Of a stretch of DNA of 64,000 bases, positions 59,621 through 64,000 are shown piece by piece. Position 1 is the first letter of the stretch. Every line of letters begins with the position of its first letter. Position numbers and translations under genes: made by a program. The stretch covers positions 20,364-84,363 of the forward strand of contig JALVAT010000013.1 in NCBI GenBank assembly GCA_027011045.1, written 5' to 3'. This stretch comes from Candidatus Micrarchaeota archaeon. GTDB lineage: Archaea > Iainarchaeota > Iainarchaeia > JAADDC01. The notes beneath the pieces were generated by a model. That model was given only the letters and a program-made list of their open reading frames with translations. It was not told the DNA's origin and did not search any database.

Positions 59621-59849
59621 GGCGTTTGCCGTCTGCCTTTCTCCGAATTTTCGCCATCAGAAATAGCCTAGTTCTAGCCGATAGGTTCCCTGTGCGTGGC
59701 TGCACATTTATACATAACAATGTGAAAAATAGTCTGACCATTTTGAAATAGAAATTAAAAATGGTCGCCAGCAGAAACGCAGTATCACAGAAAAACGTGT
59801 GGTACAAAAAACATCACAAAATAAAATCCAGGAAAAACTGAATATACAC

Positions 59850-60425
59850 ATGGCCAGATCCATAATTCTCACCGACGGAGAAGTGGCCCTCGCCGTTCCA
59901 GAACGAGGGGATTTTCAGCTGGACGTTCTAAACGACCCCTTCGTCCGCACGTGGGCGAGCAACCCCGCGCTCTTCTACACGGATTCGGAGGAAGCGTATA
60001 AGGAAGCAAAACAGAACGGACCAGAGAAGACATTCTCAATACTTTACAAGGGAGAGTTCGTGGGGCTCTGCGGATGGAAGTGGAAGGAGGCGCCCATCCC
60101 ACAGATATGGTTCGGGCTATACAGGAACCGCTTTCAGGGAATTGGAACTCGAACAATAAAGCTCCTACTGCTGTTCCTCTTCCTCTTCGATAATCAGGAC
60201 GCGGCATTTGCAATAACGAGGGAAAGCAATGTAGCGGCGCAGCGAGCAATGGAAAAGGCGGGAATGAAGATATTTGGAAAAACACGGAAATCCTTCAGAA
60301 CAGGAAGAAAGGTGGAAGGTGCAGTGTGGATGATCGCCTACGCAGATCGCTGGCTCAGGGAAAACAGAGAATACGTGAAAAGAGTCCTCGAAGTCTCTGG
60401 GTATCCGTCTGAGATTCTCGTCTGA
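59850..60425 (+). CDS. GNAT-family N-acetyltransferase
   Basis: Acetyl-CoA-binding-like RFQGIGTRTIKLL; lies in a lower-GC segment. Confidence 0.6.
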   Translation: MARSIILTDGEVALAVPERGDFQLDVLNDPFVRTWASNPALFYTDSEEAYKEAKQNGPEKTFSILYKGEFVGLCGWKWKEAPIPQIWFGLYRNRFQGIGTRTIKLLLLFLFLFDNQDAAFAITRESNVAAQRAMEKAGMKIFGKTRKSFRTGRKVEGAVWMIAYADRWLRENREYVKRVLEVSGYPSEILV

Positions 60426-60436
60426 GGTGTGTACGG

Positions 60437-61111
60437 ATGGAGGGAATCTCGCTGGATGAACGTGCGGTCAGAAGGATACGGCGCGCTAAAGATCCAGTAA
60501 GAATAAACCTTGAGGCAGCAAGCTTCAGGAACTACAGCATAGGAAGCATAGGGATAATTCCCGCCAAGGAATTCGTTAGACAGTTTCCGCGAAACGCAGT
60601 GCCAGTATACATTATAAGTAAAACCGGTAAAAGAGTGCTGCCCGCCGTCGTGAAGAACGCGAGATCGACAAGTATAGAAGTAATGAAGCGTATAATGCCA
60701 ACGGTAGTTGCAGCGAACCCGTATCTGAACATTCACAACACAGTCCATTACTCAGAAGGCCCCATTATACAAATCGCTAGCTTTCCGAAACCAAAGAACC
60801 CTGAAATACTCGTGGAGAGATATTTGAAGAAGGCAGAGGAGGCTACAGCCGTTAACGTCATGCTCACGGATCCACGACCCGAAAACACGAGCTACTTGGA
60901 GCACTTCGACCCGATAACCATAGACATACCAGAGGGCACGTCAAAGCGAAGAGCCCTCCAAATGCAGCTGGCGGACGCGCTAGCAATGGTGGGCATGCGG
61001 GACGCCCCCGAGTGGGCACTCCGCAGAATCAAAACGTACGATGAAACAGAAGCACGGCGTCGGATAATCGAAACAAAACGATGGATAGCACGGATCCTCG
61101 AGGGCATATAG
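60437..61111 (+). CDS. Hypothetical protein
   Basis: ORF only. Confidence 0.4.
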   Translation: MEGISLDERAVRRIRRAKDPVRINLEAASFRNYSIGSIGIIPAKEFVRQFPRNAVPVYIISKTGKRVLPAVVKNARSTSIEVMKRIMPTVVAANPYLNIHNTVHYSEGPIIQIASFPKPKNPEILVERYLKKAEEATAVNVMLTDPRPENTSYLEHFDPITIDIPEGTSKRRALQMQLADALAMVGMRDAPEWALRRIKTYDETEARRRIIETKRWIARILEGI

Positions 61112-61146
61112 ACAAAGCATTTTAACGCACAAATCCCTTTTTTACC

Positions 61147-61410
61147 ATGGGCTTCGATAAATTCGTTTGGCACGTGGACGCAAGGGAAGATCGGAGCGAG
61201 ATAGAGGCTGCTTATATTCACGGGATCACAGAGTGGGCATCAAGGAAGCTGGGCAAAAAATACAGGCGAATACTTGACGTGCCCTGTGGAACTGGTCGTC
61301 TGCATCCATTCCTGCGGGATTGCGGCTACGAAGTGGAGGGTATGGACCTTTCAGAGGAGATGGTCGGGGAAGCGAAGGAGCGGGGACTGAACTGCTCTGA
61401 GGAATGCTAA
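61147..61410 (+). pseudogene. N-terminal fragment of a class I SAM-dependent methyltransferase (truncated after motif I)
   Basis: ILDVPCGTGRL motif I, then stop after 87 codons. Confidence 0.4.
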
Positions 61411-61422
61411 TGCGGTGGTTTC

Positions 61423-62229
61423 ATGAAGAGGTTAGTAGTACTCATTCCATCCACGCTCACATCGGTGGAAAAGAACCGCCTCGTAAGGGCCAGGATTATC
61501 GGGGAGCTCGCGCGCTTCCTTGGGATGTACAGGGTTACCCACGTGGTCGTTTACCATGATGAGGATCCGTACTTCGACTCCCATGCCCTGGGCAAGTACA
61601 TCGTAAAAACGCTGAAGTACGCGGTAACACCGCCCTGGCTAAAGAAGGAAGCGTTCCCCCTTGGTTCTACGGACAGGAACTGGGGGGTAATGCCTCCGTT
61701 GCAGATAAGGAGCCACATAAAGCCAGGAAAGCGACGGTGGGCAGTCTGGAAGGATGGGATAGTCACGGACGGGAAGGAGCGCTGGAGAGTAGAAGAGCAC
61801 GTACTCAAGGGGGCGGGGATAAAGCCGGTCAGCCCCAGCCTCGTACCCGTAGAGGGGAAGCGCGTAATACCCGTGGACAGACTCGACAGAATGCAGTACA
61901 TTGGATTCTGGCCAGAGTATTGGAACGTAGGACTCCACAGGGCGATAGTAAGGCTAAGAAAGAGATTCAAGGGAATTTACGTGCTGGGCACGACAAGACA
62001 CGGGGAAACGGCGGAGCGCGCCATGGCGGGATGCGAGGGGCCGAGGGATCTGGCGCTCATCTTCGGGGGACACCACAGGGGCATTCTGGAGATGGCAGAC
62101 TACAGGGAAAGCGATTACGACGGACTTCTAAACCTATTTGAACGTCAGGAGACGAAAACGGTGCGCACGGAAGAAGCGGTACCCCTCGTCCTTGAGCACC
62201 TGCACGCAAGGGGATACGTTGATGTATAA
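61423..62229 (+). CDS. Hypothetical protein, possibly a SPOUT-class RNA methyltransferase (DUF171/COG2106-like)
   Basis: Weak recollection-level similarity only. Confidence 0.3.
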   Translation: MKRLVVLIPSTLTSVEKNRLVRARIIGELARFLGMYRVTHVVVYHDEDPYFDSHALGKYIVKTLKYAVTPPWLKKEAFPLGSTDRNWGVMPPLQIRSHIKPGKRRWAVWKDGIVTDGKERWRVEEHVLKGAGIKPVSPSLVPVEGKRVIPVDRLDRMQYIGFWPEYWNVGLHRAIVRLRKRFKGIYVLGTTRHGETAERAMAGCEGPRDLALIFGGHHRGILEMADYRESDYDGLLNLFERQETKTVRTEEAVPLVLEHLHARGYVDV

Positions 62230-62247
62230 GAAGAGAACGGATCCGTT

Positions 62248-63544
62248 ATGAACGTGGATCCCCTGCTAACAATCTCCGCCATCATCTCAGGATTCTTCCT
62301 CTTTGTCTACATAAGTGCAGCGCTTTCCTGGCACAGGGGAGCGAGGAAAATCCCCGACGATGAGCTACCGGGCGTCAGCATAGTTGTACCTGCATACAAC
62401 GAGGAGGGGAACATAGGGGATACCATAGAATCGCTTCTTCGCCTCGACTATCCAAAGGACCGGCTGGAAATCATTGTGGTGGACGATGGGAGCACCGACG
62501 GGACCTACGCGGAAGCAAAAAGATACGAGGGGCCAAACGTAAGGGTAATACGGAAGGAAAACGGTGGAAAGAGCTCAGCCCTCAACCGGGGAATCAGGGA
62601 GGCAAAGTATGAGATCGTGGCGTGCATGGACGCAGATTCCGTGGCAACGCCCGGAGCCCTAAGGGAACTGGTGTATCACCTTGTCGGAGAAGACGGAGAT
62701 GCGGCAACGCCAGTCATGCACGTCTGGAAACCGAGAAACCTCGTGGAAAAATTCCAGTGGGCGGAGTACATACTGTCGAACCTCTTCAGAAGGGCGCTTG
62801 ACGGTCTAAACGCACAGTACGTAACCCCAGGACCGTTCTCGATATTCAGACGCGACGCCTTCGAGCGCTTCGGCGGGTTCGACGAGGAAAACATCACCGA
62901 AGATATGGAGATGGCCATGCGCATACAGGCGGCGGGCGGAAAGGTGATCCACGTCCCCACGGCCATCGTGTATACAAAGGTGCCCCGAAGCATTGTTGCC
63001 CTCATAAAGCAGAGGGTGCGATGGAACCTGGGCTTCGTGGACAACGCCATAGCGTACAGAAAACGCATACGCGAGCGGGGCGGCGACTTGGGGTACTTCG
63101 TGATGCCAGCAATATGGCTTGGGCTTGCAATCATGTCCCTGCTGACGTACAAGCTCGTGAAGGACCTGCTCACCCAGACGTATGTGCTCGTGCAGAGTCT
63201 GCTGAACGGGGGAATCTGGGCAGTTATTCATCCCGAGTCCTGGAGCCTAAACAACATTGCCCCTCAACACAGCCTTTGCGTGGGCATCCTTCAACCCCAT
63301 CTACTACGCAACCCTTGCGTTCACGGTGCTCACTGTGCTCATGATCGTATACTACGCGAAGCAAACGGGGGAGGATAAAATATACTGGTCGGGCATCGTG
63401 CTCTTCCTGCTCTTCTACTTCGTTTTTATGGCCGTCGTGTGGAGCATTATATTGGCAGTCAAGATCTTTGGCAAGGAGCTCCGATTCGGGGGAGTAGTAT
63501 GGAGGAACAGCATAAGAAACCGCTTAGCTGGCATGTCTACGTAG
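62248..63544 (+). CDS. Processive family-2 glycosyltransferase (DxD, QxxRW) with an apparent +1 frameshift near 63255 separating the catalytic domain from its C-terminal TM region
   Basis: VVPAYNEE, DDGSTDGT, DADS, QRVRW; the C-terminal TM helices continue in ORF 63257..63544 in another frame. Confidence 0.55.
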
Positions 63545-64000
63545 CGGCCCTCGCGGCAACGGCACTCGTGTTCCTCATTGGAGCTGGCGTGGGGTGGACA
63601 GCGGCCAGCTGGAGGGCAAGCTACGTTCAGAACCGCCTCACGAGCCTTTTCATCAATATGCTATCATATACGGAGATCGCCAACGTGCAGAACCCCTGCG
63701 ACACCAGCCAGTACGTGTGGATCATGGGCGGAGAGCTTGACAAGATCGGAGAAAGGCTCTCCCAGGGCGACTACCCCCCGTACCTGTTGAACTACTACGT
63801 TCTCCTCGAGTACAAGCACGCCGAGCTGATAAGAAGGATTAAGGAAGAGTGCAACAGGCCTGTAAACTGGATATTCTACTTCTACGGCCCCCAGTGCTCC
63901 CAGTGTGACGCCCAGGCGAACGTCCTCTCCGCAGTAAAGAGGCTTGCACAAAAGAAAATTTTCATATACTCCTTCAGGACGAACCTCGATTCGCCGATCA
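63499..64000 (+). CDS. Membrane-anchored thioredoxin-fold protein with CxxC (partial, runs off window end)
   Basis: N-terminal TM helix then ...FYFYGPQCSQCDAQ...; not in the ORF track because no stop within the window. Confidence 0.4.
   Translation, partial: MEEQHKKPLSWHVYVAALAATALVFLIGAGVGWTAASWRASYVQNRLTSLFINMLSYTEIANVQNPCDTSQYVWIMGGELDKIGERLSQGDYPPYLLNYYVLLEYKHAELIRRIKEECNRPVNWIFYFYGPQCSQCDAQANVLSAVKRLAQKKIFIYSFRTNLDSPI

Overview
GC-rich archaeal chromosomal window. A single-chain reverse gyrase points to a hyperthermophile; the archaellum genes (FlaD/E-domain protein, FlaH, FlaI, FlaJ, two class-III-signal archaellins) point to a euryarchaeal-type lineage. The window is dominated by housekeeping and RNA-maturation genes: CysRS, LeuRS, ArgRS, RFC small subunit, LonB, Cdc48, topoisomerase IA, Rad50, aEF-1beta, NAC-alpha, FKBP, Dph2, RNase Z, Trm11-like, Nob1, TruD, RlmI-like, archease, a SAMP-TtuA pair plus an NcsA paralogue, a ThiF-like E1. 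RNA genes are a complete 23S rRNA with no 16S or 5S nearby, six tRNAs (Glu, Gln, Tyr with a 35-nt intron, Val, Thr, Ser) and at least seven canonical C/D-box sRNA genes found by motif reading. Most unusual: (i) a family of three homologous, strongly structured ~130-nt elements directly abutting tRNA genes (69 nt identical in two copies), together with short duplicated 3'-end fragments of tRNA-Thr, tRNA-Glu and 23S that look like att-type scars; (ii) a translationally coupled MBL-fold hydrolase / reverse gyrase / unknown 179-aa protein operon driven from a bidirectional TATATA box; (iii) an orphan rad50 without mre11 facing a Mut7-C nuclease; (iv) a type-1 (Nudix) IPP isomerase; (v) a scrambled archaellum gene order. 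Many long antisense ORFs in the six-frame track are high-GC artefacts and were rejected. Coordinates for motif-level features are +/- 2 nt.
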